Translations under genes and position numbers: made by a program
NCBI GenBank assembly: GCA_965223545.1
Contig: OZ245006.1
Span: forward strand, 3,616,001-3,680,000
DNA: 64,000 nt
Source of the DNA: Planctomycetota bacterium
GTDB lineage: Bacteria; Planctomycetota; UBA1135; UBA2386
Reading direction: 5' to 3'
Part shown: positions 37,237-50,373 of the stretch, piece by piece
Position numbering within the stretch: position 1 is the stretch's first letter
Layout: the number at the start of each line of letters is the position of its first letter
Notes under the pieces: model-generated
Databases searched by the model: none
What the model saw: the letters and a program-made list of their open reading frames with translations, nothing else
What the model was told of the DNA's origin: nothing

Positions 37237-39663
37237 GTGTCTGCCCCCCTTCAGATCCGGTCGATCTGCGCCCTCGCGCTGATCGCGCTGCTACCCCCCT
37301 GCGCTGCACAGACGCCGCCGGATCTGTACGACGACAGCGTCCTGCGCACCTTCGAGCTCCGCTTCGCCCAGCCGAATTGGTGGACGCTGCTCGAGCAAAA
37401 CAAGCCGGCGGAGCAGGAGATCCCCGCCGACCTCGTCGTCGACGGCCGCGTCTACCCCGGCGTCGGCGTGCGCTTCAAGGGCCGCTCCTCGTACATCGCC
37501 ACCCGCAACTCGCTCAAGCGGCCGTTTCGCATCGTGGTCGACTTCACGATCCCGGGACTGGAGCTGTACGGCTACTCCACGCTCAATCTCAACAACGGCT
37601 TTCGCGATCCGACGTTCCTGCGCGAGGTCGTCGGCTACCGCATGCTGCGTCGCTACACGCCGGCGCCAAAGGCCAATTGGGTCGAGCTCAAGATCAACGG
37701 CGAGAGCTGGGGGGTCTACATGAACGTCCAGCACGTCAACAAGGACTTCATGGACGAGTGGTTGGCGTCGAACGACGGCCACCGCTTCAAGCTCAGCCGT
37801 CCCGGCAACGTGTCGGCCAACGTCGCCGCCCTCAACTGGCTGGGATCGGAGCCGGCGCTCTATCAAGGAATCTACGAGCTGAAGAGCAACACACCGGCAG
37901 CGTGGAACGCGCTGGTCGCGCTCTGCGATGCGCTCGACAACAGCCCTGCCGGCCAGCTCGAAGCGCGGCTCACCCCGCACCTGCACATCGACCGCGCCCT
38001 CTGGTTCGTCGCGCTCAACAACCTCATGGTCGGGCTCGACAGCTACATCGGCACCGCCAACAACTACTACTTGGTGCAGGACGAGGTGCACCAGCGGTTC
38101 AGTGTCATATCGTGGGACCTCAATGACAGCTTCGGCAGCTTCTGGCTGTCGACGCCCGGTGTGCCCTCCAACCTCGACCCATTGTACCGCGAGCAAACGA
38201 GGACGCGACCGTTGGTCTCCTCGCTGCTCTCCGAACCGCACTGGCGGGCACGCTACTTGGCACACTACCGAACCGCGCTGCAGGAGGCCTGGGACTGGAA
38301 CACGGTCGGCAGCTGGATCGCGCAGTATCAGAGCCTGTTGGGCCCGGCGATCGCGGCGGACAAGGTCAAGCTCTACTCGACGGCACTGTTCTGGAGCAAT
38401 GTGACCCAGGCCACCGTGATCGGCACGGTCGTGATCCCCGGCCTCGAGCCGCTGGTCAAGGCGCGGCGCGCGTTCCTGGAGGCTCATCCCGAGCTCAGTG
38501 TGCCGCAGCCGTCAATCGGCAACGTCACTCACACTCCAGCCCAGCCTACGCCGACGACTCCAGTGCACGTGACCGCCACCGTCACCCCGGCGACAACGAC
38601 CGCACCTCCTGTCGTCGAGCTGCATGCGCGGGTCATCGGTTCGTACGTGCGGTTGCCGATGTACGACGACGGCCAGCACGGCGACGGCGCCGCCGGGGAC
38701 GGCGTCTACGGGGAGTCGATTCCACCGCAGGCCGCCGGGGCGACGGTGTCCTACTTCGTCACGGCGCACGACGCCAACGGCGCCATGCGGGTTGCGCCGA
38801 GCGGCGGCGCCGACGGCGCCCACGAGTACACCGTCACCGCCACGCCCACCGGCAACAGCCTGCGAATCAACGAGCTGATGGCGGACAATACCTCGACCAT
38901 CGCCGACCCCGCGGGCGACTATGACGATTGGCTCGAGCTGCACAATCCGACGACGGCGCCGATCGACGCGGCGGGCATGTATCTGACCGACGACCCAGCC
39001 CAGCCGACGCGGTGGCAGCTGCCGTCCGGCACGCTCGTCCCACCGGGGGCACACCTCTTGATCTGGGCCGATGCCGAGCCGTGGCAGGGCCCTTTGCACG
39101 CACCGTTCAGGCTCGGCGCGGGCGGCGAGACCGTCGCTCTGTACGACACGGACGGCACGACCCTGCTCGATCAGATCACCTTCGGCCCACAGGTGGCCGA
39201 CGCCAGCACCGGGCGCCTTCCCGACGGAGCACCGCTGTGGGTGACGCTGTTGGACCCCAGTCCGACGGCCGCCAACGCCGTGCCGGTCTGTGGGTCGCTC
39301 GCCTTCACCGCGCGCGATGCCACCGCCCAGCAGGGGTTGCTGACCCTGACGAGCACCCCCAGCATCGGCGGCAACATCGACATCTTCTTGGCCGGCCTGC
39401 CGGCGGCTTCGCCCACGGCGATCGTAATCGGCGGCGGCGCGGCGCACCTGCCGCTGCCCGGTTCGGCATCGATGTTGCTCCTCGCGGCACCGATGGCGAC
39501 CGCGCTCACGCAGACCAGCTCGGTGCTCGGCACGCTGGCGCAGTCGGTGCCGATCCCCGACGACCCCGCACTGGTCGGCCTGCGAATCGCGGTGCAGGCG
39601 GTGAGCGTGCTGCCGAGTGGGCCCGCCGCGAGCAGCGCGGTCTGGTTCGACATCTGCGGCTGA
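37237..39663 (+). CDS. CotH kinase family protein with lamin-tail domain and shared C-terminal domain
   Basis: VGVRFKGRSS, LNLNN, DPTFLRE, DSY...NYYL, WDLN. MYDDGQHGDGAAGDGVY. INELMADN...DWLELHN (LTD). Confidence 0.92.
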   Translation: MSAPLQIRSICALALIALLPPCAAQTPPDLYDDSVLRTFELRFAQPNWWTLLEQNKPAEQEIPADLVVDGRVYPGVGVRFKGRSSYIATRNSLKRPFRIVVDFTIPGLELYGYSTLNLNNGFRDPTFLREVVGYRMLRRYTPAPKANWVELKINGESWGVYMNVQHVNKDFMDEWLASNDGHRFKLSRPGNVSANVAALNWLGSEPALYQGIYELKSNTPAAWNALVALCDALDNSPAGQLEARLTPHLHIDRALWFVALNNLMVGLDSYIGTANNYYLVQDEVHQRFSVISWDLNDSFGSFWLSTPGVPSNLDPLYREQTRTRPLVSSLLSEPHWRARYLAHYRTALQEAWDWNTVGSWIAQYQSLLGPAIAADKVKLYSTALFWSNVTQATVIGTVVIPGLEPLVKARRAFLEAHPELSVPQPSIGNVTHTPAQPTPTTPVHVTATVTPATTTAPPVVELHARVIGSYVRLPMYDDGQHGDGAAGDGVYGESIPPQAAGATVSYFVTAHDANGAMRVAPSGGADGAHEYTVTATPTGNSLRINELMADNTSTIADPAGDYDDWLELHNPTTAPIDAAGMYLTDDPAQPTRWQLPSGTLVPPGAHLLIWADAEPWQGPLHAPFRLGAGGETVALYDTDGTTLLDQITFGPQVADASTGRLPDGAPLWVTLLDPSPTAANAVPVCGSLAFTARDATAQQGLLTLTSTPSIGGNIDIFLAGLPAASPTAIVIGGGAAHLPLPGSASMLLLAAPMATALTQTSSVLGTLAQSVPIPDDPALVGLRIAVQAVSVLPSGPAASSAVWFDICG

Positions 39664-39695
39664 CGCGTGGCGATCCGGCGCGGCCCGACGGCGGC

Positions 39696-40376
39696 TCAGA
39701 ACGTGGCGGACAGCCCGACGACCAACCCCAAGTCGGTGCTGTCGGGATCGCCGACGACACCGGTCCCGAGGTCCGACCAACGCACTTCGAGGCCGGCGTT
39801 GGTCGCCAAGGACCGCGTCAGCGCGCACTGCAGGCCCAGGCCAAACCCCGCGGTGATGCCGTCCTGGTTCTCGTTGACGCGGACTCCCGTGAAGCCAAGG
39901 AACCCCGCGTGGCTACGTGGCTGGTTGTCCGGCATGACCTCCCCCTCGGCGTGGCCCCAGCCCAAGAAAAACTCACCGTATGGGCGCACTCCTTCCGGTG
40001 ATCCCCAATAACCACGGACGAGCGCCTCGACCAAGACCTCGGTCGCGCGCGCGCTCATGTGGCTCTCGGGAAACGCACCAGCCTGAAACCGATAGTCGAT
40101 GCCATTGGTACGCTGTCGCCGGACCACGGTGCGCACCCCGGCTTCGATCGAGGGGAGCGCCGGCAACGCGCGCAGAAGCTCGATGCGACCGCCGGCATGC
40201 GTGCCGTGCTGGTTGCGGTCGATCCCGCCCCCATCACGCACCGTAGTCCACCCGTAGCTGCCGCCGAGACCCACGCGCCATCGAGATCCCTGCGCATCCG
40301 ACTGGCAGGCAAGGGCTGAGAAAAAGGCGGCGACCGAGAGCAACGGCAGGGCTCGAGACGCGCGAACACTCGGCAT
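39696..40376 (-). CDS. Outer-membrane beta-barrel protein (OmpA-like barrel)
   Basis: Signal ending ALAC. VRPYGEFFLGWG, GFGLGLQ. C-terminal VGLSATF. Confidence 0.7.
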   Translation of the reverse strand: MPSVRASRALPLLSVAAFFSALACQSDAQGSRWRVGLGGSYGWTTVRDGGGIDRNQHGTHAGGRIELLRALPALPSIEAGVRTVVRRQRTNGIDYRFQAGAFPESHMSARATEVLVEALVRGYWGSPEGVRPYGEFFLGWGHAEGEVMPDNQPRSHAGFLGFTGVRVNENQDGITAGFGLGLQCALTRSLATNAGLEVRWSDLGTGVVGDPDSTDLGLVVGLSATF

Positions 40377-40481
40377 GGCGGGGACTCCACCTGCCAGGTA
40401 GTCCGGCGCGGAGATCCGGTCACAGCGGGTGCTCGGGCCTGGCCCCTCGCGGCCTTTCCCCCGCTGCTACACTCCTCCCAT

Positions 40482-41873
40482 ATGGCTGCTCCGACAATTC
40501 GCCTCTCCCAGGCCGCGGTGCTCGTCTGCATGGCCGTCGCGGTCGGGGGCGCCGGTGGATGGCTCCTCAAGACCTACATGGCCAAGAAGGCCCAGGCCAA
40601 CCCCGGTGCGCGCTCGACCCCGTCGGTCGGCTTCTGGCACCCGTTGCGACACGCCGACGCACACACGGACACCGACGCGCCGCTGCCCGACAACCTGGCG
40701 AACTTGCCGTATCTCGCCGGCCACTCCGGCGCGGTCGAGGCGCAGTCGGTGACGCTGCTCGACCCCGAGGCGACGGCGCCCGGCATCAACCTCGTGGTCT
40801 CCGGCCACAAGCCGTCGGCCGAGCTGCGCGATCTCAAGGGCAACGTGCTGCACGAGTGGACCATCGAGTTCGAGACCGTGTTTCCCGGCCCACTCGGGTT
40901 CGAGGAACGGCCGGACAACAAGCGCTTCTGGCGCCGCGCCCACGTCCTGCCCAACGGCGACCTGCTGGCGATCTTCGAGGGGATCGGCATGGTCAAGCTC
41001 GACAAGGACTCCAACTTGATCTGGGGCTTCAAGGGCCGCTGCCACCACGATCTCTACGTCGGCGAGGACGGCGAGATCTACACGCTGACGCGGACCAAAC
41101 ACACGCGCCCGGAGCTCGCGGAGGCACCGACCTACATCACCGGCGAACTCCGCGAGGACTTCATCACGGTGCTCGAGGCCGACGGAACCGAGCGCCGCTC
41201 GGTGTCGCTGCTCGAGTGCTTCCGCAACTCCGACTACCGCTCGCTGTTCGGTTTGGGCCTGCGCGAAGGCGACGTCTTCCACACCAACACGCTGGAGATC
41301 ATGGACGGCCGGTTCGCGGACCGGCACCCGCTGTATCGCAAGGGCAACGCGCTGGTGTCGCTGGCAGCCCTCGACACCGTTGCCGTGGTCGACATGGAGG
41401 CACAGACCGTCGTCTGGGCACTGACCGGCATGAGCACCTTCCAGCACGAGCCAACGGTGCTGGACAACGGCAACATCCTGCTGTTCGACAACACCGGCGG
41501 CTACAGGGGAGGATCGCGGGTGCTCGAGATCGAGCCGCTGACCCAGCGCATCGTCTGGGCCTATCGCGACGGCGAGGAAACTCCGCTCCTGTCGCACATC
41601 CTGGGCTCGTGCCAACGTCTGCCCAACGGCAATACGCTGATCGTCGAGTCGACCGCCGGCCGCGCGTTCGAAGTGACGCCCGACCTCGAAGTGGTGTGGA
41701 ACTACTTCAACCCACACCGCGCCGGTGACAACGACGAGCTCATCGCGAGCCTGTTCGACGTCGTGCGCCTCGACCCGAGCATGTTCGACGAGTCGTTCGC
41801 GCCGGGCGCTGCGTCGGAAGGCGGCGTCGATCTCGAAGGAGTCGACGCTCTGCTCAACGGCACCGGGCGTTGA
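40482..41873 (+). CDS. Arylsulfotransferase-family protein
   Basis: LPNGDLL, HHD, FHTNT, FQH, ILLFDN, QRLPNGNTLI. N-terminal anchor. Confidence 0.88.
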   Translation: MAAPTIRLSQAAVLVCMAVAVGGAGGWLLKTYMAKKAQANPGARSTPSVGFWHPLRHADAHTDTDAPLPDNLANLPYLAGHSGAVEAQSVTLLDPEATAPGINLVVSGHKPSAELRDLKGNVLHEWTIEFETVFPGPLGFEERPDNKRFWRRAHVLPNGDLLAIFEGIGMVKLDKDSNLIWGFKGRCHHDLYVGEDGEIYTLTRTKHTRPELAEAPTYITGELREDFITVLEADGTERRSVSLLECFRNSDYRSLFGLGLREGDVFHTNTLEIMDGRFADRHPLYRKGNALVSLAALDTVAVVDMEAQTVVWALTGMSTFQHEPTVLDNGNILLFDNTGGYRGGSRVLEIEPLTQRIVWAYRDGEETPLLSHILGSCQRLPNGNTLIVESTAGRAFEVTPDLEVVWNYFNPHRAGDNDELIASLFDVVRLDPSMFDESFAPGAASEGGVDLEGVDALLNGTGR

Positions 41874-41877
41874 CCCG

Positions 41878-43473
41878 TCACTCCGCGCCCGGCGGCACGA
41901 TCCGATACACGGTGAACCACTCGTTGGCGTAGCTCTGCTCGAAGCGGGGCGGGAAGTCGTCGAGGATCCTCTGCCACCGCTCGCGATCGTGCAGCCGCGG
42001 CGTCGCGCCGGCGTCGAGGTTGGGAGCCACGTGGCAGACGATCAGATAGTCGACGCCCTTGTCGTCGAAGTACTGCATCGTCTCGTGCGTCTGCGCCGGC
42101 CCGCGCAGGGCGGCGAACGTGCGACCGGTCTCCAGCGCCAGCACGCGCGGGAAGCGGAAGATCAAGAACGAGTCCGGCGGGGTCTCCTCTTCGACGTAGC
42201 GCGACAGCGCGCGCATCGGCTCCCCGTCGATGCCCTCGATCGGCCCGAACGGCAGTCGTGAGTACTTGCCGGCAAAGGACGCGGCCAGCGCCAGCGTCAG
42301 CACACAGCCCAGCACCGGCCCCAGCGCCCATCGCGCCCCGGTCGCCGTCGAGCCGATCGCCTGGATCGCGAAGTAGGCGTAGGCGAACAGGAGCGGCGCG
42401 GTCGGCAGCATGTAGCGGTTGTGGTAGATCGACCAAATGATCGACGCGGCCACGTAGAGCGGCACGAACACCTCGAACGGTGTGAAGCCGCGCCGACAAC
42501 GCACGAGAAAGCCCACGACCGCCAGCGACAAGAACACCGCGGCCAGCACCTTGGTCGCCCACGGCAGATAGCCGTTCTCGAACAGACTCGCATACTTGGA
42601 GAGGTTGTAGGTGATGATCGCGAGGTCGTTGGGACGGAACTGATCGAGGTAGCTGTCGGGGGAGTGCAACAGCACCAGCTGCGGTGCGGCGCAGAGCGCG
42701 AAGGTGGCCAGGGCAACCAGCAGAAAGCGGCTGGGGCGGCGCATGCGCAACAGGTCGTGCGCGATCACCACCGGCACGAGCACTCCACCCAACGTGCGCA
42801 ACCCATAGCCCACGTAAAGCAGGATGCCCGTGACGATGGCGCTGCCCACGCTCGGCGACGCGCCCTGGCCAGCGCGCTGATAGCCGCGGTGGACCCACCA
42901 CAGGGTGAAGAAGCAGACCGGCAAGAAGGTCAGGTCCGAGCCGATGTCGTCCTTGTAGCGCCAGAAGAACGGGCTGAACCCACAGGCGGCGATCGCGGTC
43001 AACAGGTAGGCCGGACGCACGGAATTGCGAAAGCCCAGGAAGAGCGCGCCAAGCGCGAGCACCATCGCGATCACGGCCAATCGCTTGGCGGCGATCAAAT
43101 CGACGCCCGACGCCATGTAGACCGGCACCAACAGGAGCGGATACAGCGGGGGGTATGTGGCCGGCGCAAGGTCGATCAGCTGTTGGGTGCGGACGTAACC
43201 GATGTCGTCATAAGGCCTTCCCTCGACAACATTGGCGGCGTGCGCGAAGTACTGGCTGTAGTCGCCAATCCAGCGGTGGCCGCTGCGGACCGTAGACCAC
43301 TGGAAGGCACCGATGGCCAAGAGGAGGCAGACGAGGACGAGCTTGACCTTCACGAGGAGCGGAGCGGGGGGCTTGGGCCGGTGGCCGGCACCTGATCCTA
43401 CCGGCTCGATTCGCACCCCGCGAACGCCGGCGGGAGCGGCAGTTCGGCGGAAAAATGGAGATCGCCGTGTCAC
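41878..43473 (-). CDS. Multi-pass membrane GT-C (ArnT/PMT-like) glycosyltransferase
   Basis: GDYSQY...YPPLYPLLL, SD motif, RTLG, RYMLP. More than 10 hydrophobic segments. Start uncertain. Confidence 0.75.
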   Translation of the reverse strand: MTRRSPFFRRTAAPAGVRGVRIEPVGSGAGHRPKPPAPLLVKVKLVLVCLLLAIGAFQWSTVRSGHRWIGDYSQYFAHAANVVEGRPYDDIGYVRTQQLIDLAPATYPPLYPLLLVPVYMASGVDLIAAKRLAVIAMVLALGALFLGFRNSVRPAYLLTAIAACGFSPFFWRYKDDIGSDLTFLPVCFFTLWWVHRGYQRAGQGASPSVGSAIVTGILLYVGYGLRTLGGVLVPVVIAHDLLRMRRPSRFLLVALATFALCAAPQLVLLHSPDSYLDQFRPNDLAIITYNLSKYASLFENGYLPWATKVLAAVFLSLAVVGFLVRCRRGFTPFEVFVPLYVAASIIWSIYHNRYMLPTAPLLFAYAYFAIQAIGSTATGARWALGPVLGCVLTLALAASFAGKYSRLPFGPIEGIDGEPMRALSRYVEEETPPDSFLIFRFPRVLALETGRTFAALRGPAQTHETMQYFDDKGVDYLIVCHVAPNLDAGATPRLHDRERWQRILDDFPPRFEQSYANEWFTVYRIVPPGAE

Positions 43474-43556
43474 CGATGGGACCGAGCGGCCGGTTCAGGG
43501 AACTTCAGGAGGACCATTCTCCGTCCCCACCCGCCACCTCTGGCCCGGGAGCAACG

Positions 43557-46499
43557 ATGCACAGTCACCTCCATCCCGCAGTCGCGATCCTCGGCGCGTG
43601 CTGCGCGCTGGCGGCGCAAGCGCCGCGCCAGCTCCTCGATATCCGCCAGCCCACGCAGACCGTGTCGTCCAGCCCGACGGACCTCACGCGCTCGGGGGCG
43701 ACGATCTTCTTCACCGCCACCGGGCTCAGCGGCCGTGAGCTCTACCGCACGCTGGGAGGCGTGGGTGGCGCAAGCCTCGTCGCCGATCTCGCGCCCGGCA
43801 GCACCGGCTCGAACCCGTCGGCGCTGACGCCATTTGGCGGTGGAGTCTACTTCGTCGCCGACGACACGGTCAGCGGCCGCGAGCTGTGGTACTCGGACGG
43901 CACGGCGACCGGCACCCGGCTGATCGCCGACCTGGTCGCCGGCAGCGGCGGGGCCAACCCGCGCTCGCTGACGCCCTACGGCACCGATCTCTACTTCGTC
44001 GCCACGCCGCAGACCGTGCTGTGGCGGACCAACGGCACGACCGCCGGGACCACGCCCGTGGCCGGCGCGCCGGCGACGGGCGAGGTCGCCACGGCGGCGG
44101 GTCGCCTGTTCTTCATCGGCTACGACGGCTTCGATTGGGGACTGTGGACCATCGGCGCGGCGGGCATTCCGAGCGAGCTGCAGTCGTTCCCCAACAACGC
44201 GCGGTCGCTGACCGGTACCGGCAGCCGCCTGTACTTCGTCGCCGACGACGGCGTCAGCGGCTTGGAGCTGTGGACCTCGGACGGCACCGCCCCCGGCACG
44301 CGACGCGTCGCCGACATCGCCCCCGGTGCAGCGAGCAGCAACCCGACGACCCTGACCCCATCGGGCAACTCCCTGTTCTTCGCCGCGACGGAGCCCACTC
44401 GGGGCAACGAGCTGTGGGTGACCGACGGCACCACCGCGGGCACGCGCGCCGTCACCGACCTCAACCCCGGCCCCGCGGGATCCGCGCCGACGGAGCTCGT
44501 CGCATTTGCCGGGGGCGTGGTGTTCCGCGCCGACGACGGCAGCGGCAATGGCCTTTGGCGCACGGACGGCACGGCCGCCGGCACGGTGCTCTTGCGCGCC
44601 AACAGCACTGCCCTCGGCCTGCACGCGATTGCGACCGACGTGTTCTTCCGCGATCTCATCGATGGCGAGCTGTGGGCCACCGACGGGACGCCGGGCGGCA
44701 CCCGGCGCGTGGTCGAGTTCTTCGCCGGCCCCCGCGGCGGCAACCCGGGGGGCTTCGTCGTCCATGCGTCCAACCGGAGTGTCGTGTTCGCCGCGGACCG
44801 ACCCGTGTCGGGCCGAGAGCTGTTCGTATCGGACGGCACCGCCCTGGGAACCGTGCTGCTCGACGACCTCAACACGGCGCCGTTGTCGGGCAGCACGGAC
44901 TCGGATCCCGCCGAGTTCACCGCGCTGTTCGGCGGTGGCCTGTTCACCGCCGACGACGGCGTGCTCGGTCGTGAGCTGTGGTTTACCAATGGCACTGCCG
45001 CCGGGACCACGCTGACCTTGGATGCCCGCGTCGGCCCCGCCGGAGCCGACCCCCGCGAGCTCACCCGAGTCGGCGCGCAGGTGCTCTACTCCGCGGAGAC
45101 CGACGCGAACGGCAGGGAGCTCTGGTGCTCCGACGGCACCGCCGCCGGCACGCGGCTCGTGCGGGACATCTTCCCCGGGGTGCTGCCGTCCATTCCGTCG
45201 GAGCTGACCGCCGCCGGTGGATACGCCTGGTTCTCGGCCGATGACGGCAGCGGTCGCGAGCTGTGGCGGTCCGATGGAACCGCCGCCGGCACCGCCATGG
45301 TGGCGGATCTGGAGCCGGTCGGCGGGTCCGCGCCGCGCTTCTTGGTGGCGCTGCAGGATCGGGTCCTGTTCTTCGCCTACACGCTGGCCATCGGTCTGGA
45401 GCTGTGGGAATCGGACGGGACACCGGGGGGCACCCAGGCGGTCAAGGACATCAACCCCGGTTCCGGGTCCACGTTCCCGCAGGCAATGGTCGCCGCCGAG
45501 AACCGCGCCTACTTCATCGCCAGCATCGGAACGTCCACGGGGCTCTGGACCACCGACGGAACCGCACAGGGCACGATCAACCTGACCCAGGGCACCGCCG
45601 GCCGGATCATCGCTCCCTTTGGCGCGGCGGTGCTGTTCGTGGTCTCGAAGCTCAGCGGGCCGGAACTGTGGTACACCAACGGAACGCGCATCAACACACG
45701 CCTGGTCGCGGGCCTCGGACCCGGCGTGCTGGGACCCCACTCGTGGGCGGGCGCCAGCGCCGGCGGCTTCGTCTACTTCGCGGTTCCCGACCCGACGCTC
45801 GGCACCGAGCTGTGGCGCAGTGACGGCACGGTGGCTGGCACGACGCGCATTACCGATCTGCGGCACGGCGACGTCGACCCGCAGGCGATCCCGATCACCG
45901 CCGCCGGCGACCGCCACGTGTACTTCGCGGTGCGGACCACCACCGACGTCGAGCTGTGGCGCACCGACGGCACCGCGGCGGGGACGACCCAGCTCGGGCC
46001 GGCGTTCTACAGCGTTGGCAACAGCCGCGGACAGCGGGCCAGCTTCGCGCTGATCGATGGGCGCATCCTGTTCGCCGCCGACGGCCCCGCGGGCAGCGGC
46101 GTCGCCGGCATCGAGCCGTGGGTCTTCGATCCCGGCGCCACCGCTCAGCCGTGGCCGGTGGCGTGCCCCCTCGGCACGCGCCCAACCCTCACCGCGTCCG
46201 ACCCGGTGCTCGGCAGCACCGCCGGCATCCGCCTGGTGCAATCGACGCCGGCAACGGCGGCCGCCATCTTGGTGTCGGCAGCCCTGCCGCCGGTGCGGCT
46301 CCCCGCCAGCACGTGTGCGCTGGTCGTCGACCCGTTCTCCGCGCTGGCGACCGTCGGCACCGGGGGCAGTCTCACGGCAAGTGCCCCCGTTCCCGCCCAA
46401 CAGATCCTGCAGGGATTGCGCGTCGCGCTGCAGGGGGCGACGTTGAGCACCGCGGGCTTGTCGATCTCCGACGGGATCTACTGGACCCTGGGCCGCTGA
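43557..46499 (+). CDS. Secreted ELWxxDGT-repeat protein with shared C-terminal domain
   Basis: Many FxADDGxxGxELWxSDGTxxGT repeats. Signal ending LAAQ. Confidence 0.92.
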   Translation: MHSHLHPAVAILGACCALAAQAPRQLLDIRQPTQTVSSSPTDLTRSGATIFFTATGLSGRELYRTLGGVGGASLVADLAPGSTGSNPSALTPFGGGVYFVADDTVSGRELWYSDGTATGTRLIADLVAGSGGANPRSLTPYGTDLYFVATPQTVLWRTNGTTAGTTPVAGAPATGEVATAAGRLFFIGYDGFDWGLWTIGAAGIPSELQSFPNNARSLTGTGSRLYFVADDGVSGLELWTSDGTAPGTRRVADIAPGAASSNPTTLTPSGNSLFFAATEPTRGNELWVTDGTTAGTRAVTDLNPGPAGSAPTELVAFAGGVVFRADDGSGNGLWRTDGTAAGTVLLRANSTALGLHAIATDVFFRDLIDGELWATDGTPGGTRRVVEFFAGPRGGNPGGFVVHASNRSVVFAADRPVSGRELFVSDGTALGTVLLDDLNTAPLSGSTDSDPAEFTALFGGGLFTADDGVLGRELWFTNGTAAGTTLTLDARVGPAGADPRELTRVGAQVLYSAETDANGRELWCSDGTAAGTRLVRDIFPGVLPSIPSELTAAGGYAWFSADDGSGRELWRSDGTAAGTAMVADLEPVGGSAPRFLVALQDRVLFFAYTLAIGLELWESDGTPGGTQAVKDINPGSGSTFPQAMVAAENRAYFIASIGTSTGLWTTDGTAQGTINLTQGTAGRIIAPFGAAVLFVVSKLSGPELWYTNGTRINTRLVAGLGPGVLGPHSWAGASAGGFVYFAVPDPTLGTELWRSDGTVAGTTRITDLRHGDVDPQAIPITAAGDRHVYFAVRTTTDVELWRTDGTAAGTTQLGPAFYSVGNSRGQRASFALIDGRILFAADGPAGSGVAGIEPWVFDPGATAQPWPVACPLGTRPTLTASDPVLGSTAGIRLVQSTPATAAAILVSAALPPVRLPASTCALVVDPFSALATVGTGGSLTASAPVPAQQILQGLRVALQGATLSTAGLSISDGIYWTLGR

Positions 46500-46520
46500 C
46501 CGGCACCAGCGGGGCGAACG

Positions 46521-47603
46521 CTACCGATACTCGATGACGCAGCCCGAGCCCGCCTCCCACGCGCCGTCACTGCTCGTCGACGGGGCGTAGCCGCTGGTCA
46601 CGTCGCTGGGGATCGCGGAGGGCAGCATCGGCACGACCTGCACGGCGCCGTTGCTGACCGCCACTCCCATCGGGTAGCTGGCGACCGTGGTCGGCGCGAT
46701 CGCCTGCATGTAGATCGGCACGCGGGTCAACGTCATGGACAACGGCAGCGCGGTCGACAACTTGAGCTGCCCGGTCGGGCCCGTCGCGCCGATGATGCCG
46801 AGGCCGATCTGTCCGCCGACCGGCACCGGCTCGCACGGACAGCGCGGGCCCGGGCAGACGCCGAGGTCGTCGTCGGTGCCCACCAGCAGCGCCACCGCGA
46901 CGTTGGGCTCGCCGACCACGCACAGGTCCCAGCCAAACGAGGTCGCCCCGCGGCGCACGCTCATCGTGCTGTCCAAGCTCATCGGGGCCATGGCGCCCGA
47001 GAAGTCGGGAACGTCACAGCCGTCCGGCCCCTTGCCGGCGACGATGCAGGAGCCCTCGACATCGATGGGGTAGGGTCCGGTGGGCGAGACGCCAGTGCCG
47101 ATGATGTCGACCAGCAGCGCCGAGTCCGCGGTCGTCCGCGCGTACGGATAGGGTGTGTCGAACGGCAGGTAGAACGAGCTCGCACTGCCAAACGCGACGG
47201 GAGCCGACCCCGGCTTGCGCTGCAGATCGGGCAGCGCCACCGTCTTGTCAGGGCCGATGACCACGATGCTGTTGGTGCCGCGCACGAACGGCGCGGTGCC
47301 CCCCGATGGCACGGTGCGGTAGTCGATCTCGTGCAGCTCGACGGTCGCCAAGAACGACCGCGGCCCGGCCGCGAGCTCGTCGTACTGATAGCCGTCGCGA
47401 CGGAAGCCGAGCGCGCCGTAAACCCCGCCCGGCGCGCCCTTGTCCACTTGCTGGTAGCGAAACGCGGCGGTGGCGAACAGGTCGTTGCGCACGCCGACAC
47501 CCTCGACCGCGCCGAGGCCGGGCGGGCTCGTGGTCTGCGCGGGCGCGCCGGCCGCCCACAGGGCGGCGATCGACAGGGTCAACAACAGGGTGGTGCGAGG
47601 CAT
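46521..47603 (-). CDS. Secreted hypothetical protein with divergent shared C-terminal domain
   Basis: Signal ending APAQ. RYQQ...LGFRRD...PFDTPYPY, similar to the 54434 protein. Confidence 0.7.
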   Translation of the reverse strand: MPRTTLLLTLSIAALWAAGAPAQTTSPPGLGAVEGVGVRNDLFATAAFRYQQVDKGAPGGVYGALGFRRDGYQYDELAAGPRSFLATVELHEIDYRTVPSGGTAPFVRGTNSIVVIGPDKTVALPDLQRKPGSAPVAFGSASSFYLPFDTPYPYARTTADSALLVDIIGTGVSPTGPYPIDVEGSCIVAGKGPDGCDVPDFSGAMAPMSLDSTMSVRRGATSFGWDLCVVGEPNVAVALLVGTDDDLGVCPGPRCPCEPVPVGGQIGLGIIGATGPTGQLKLSTALPLSMTLTRVPIYMQAIAPTTVASYPMGVAVSNGAVQVVPMLPSAIPSDVTSGYAPSTSSDGAWEAGSGCVIEYR

Positions 47604-47625
47604 CGGAACTCCGCGGTCTAAGGCT

Positions 47626-50369
<2,744 letters not shown>

Positions 50370-50373
<4 letters not shown>

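Noticed and set aside
43470..46400. 976-aa minus-strand ORF
   Set aside because: Antisense shadow of the ELWxxDGT gene.
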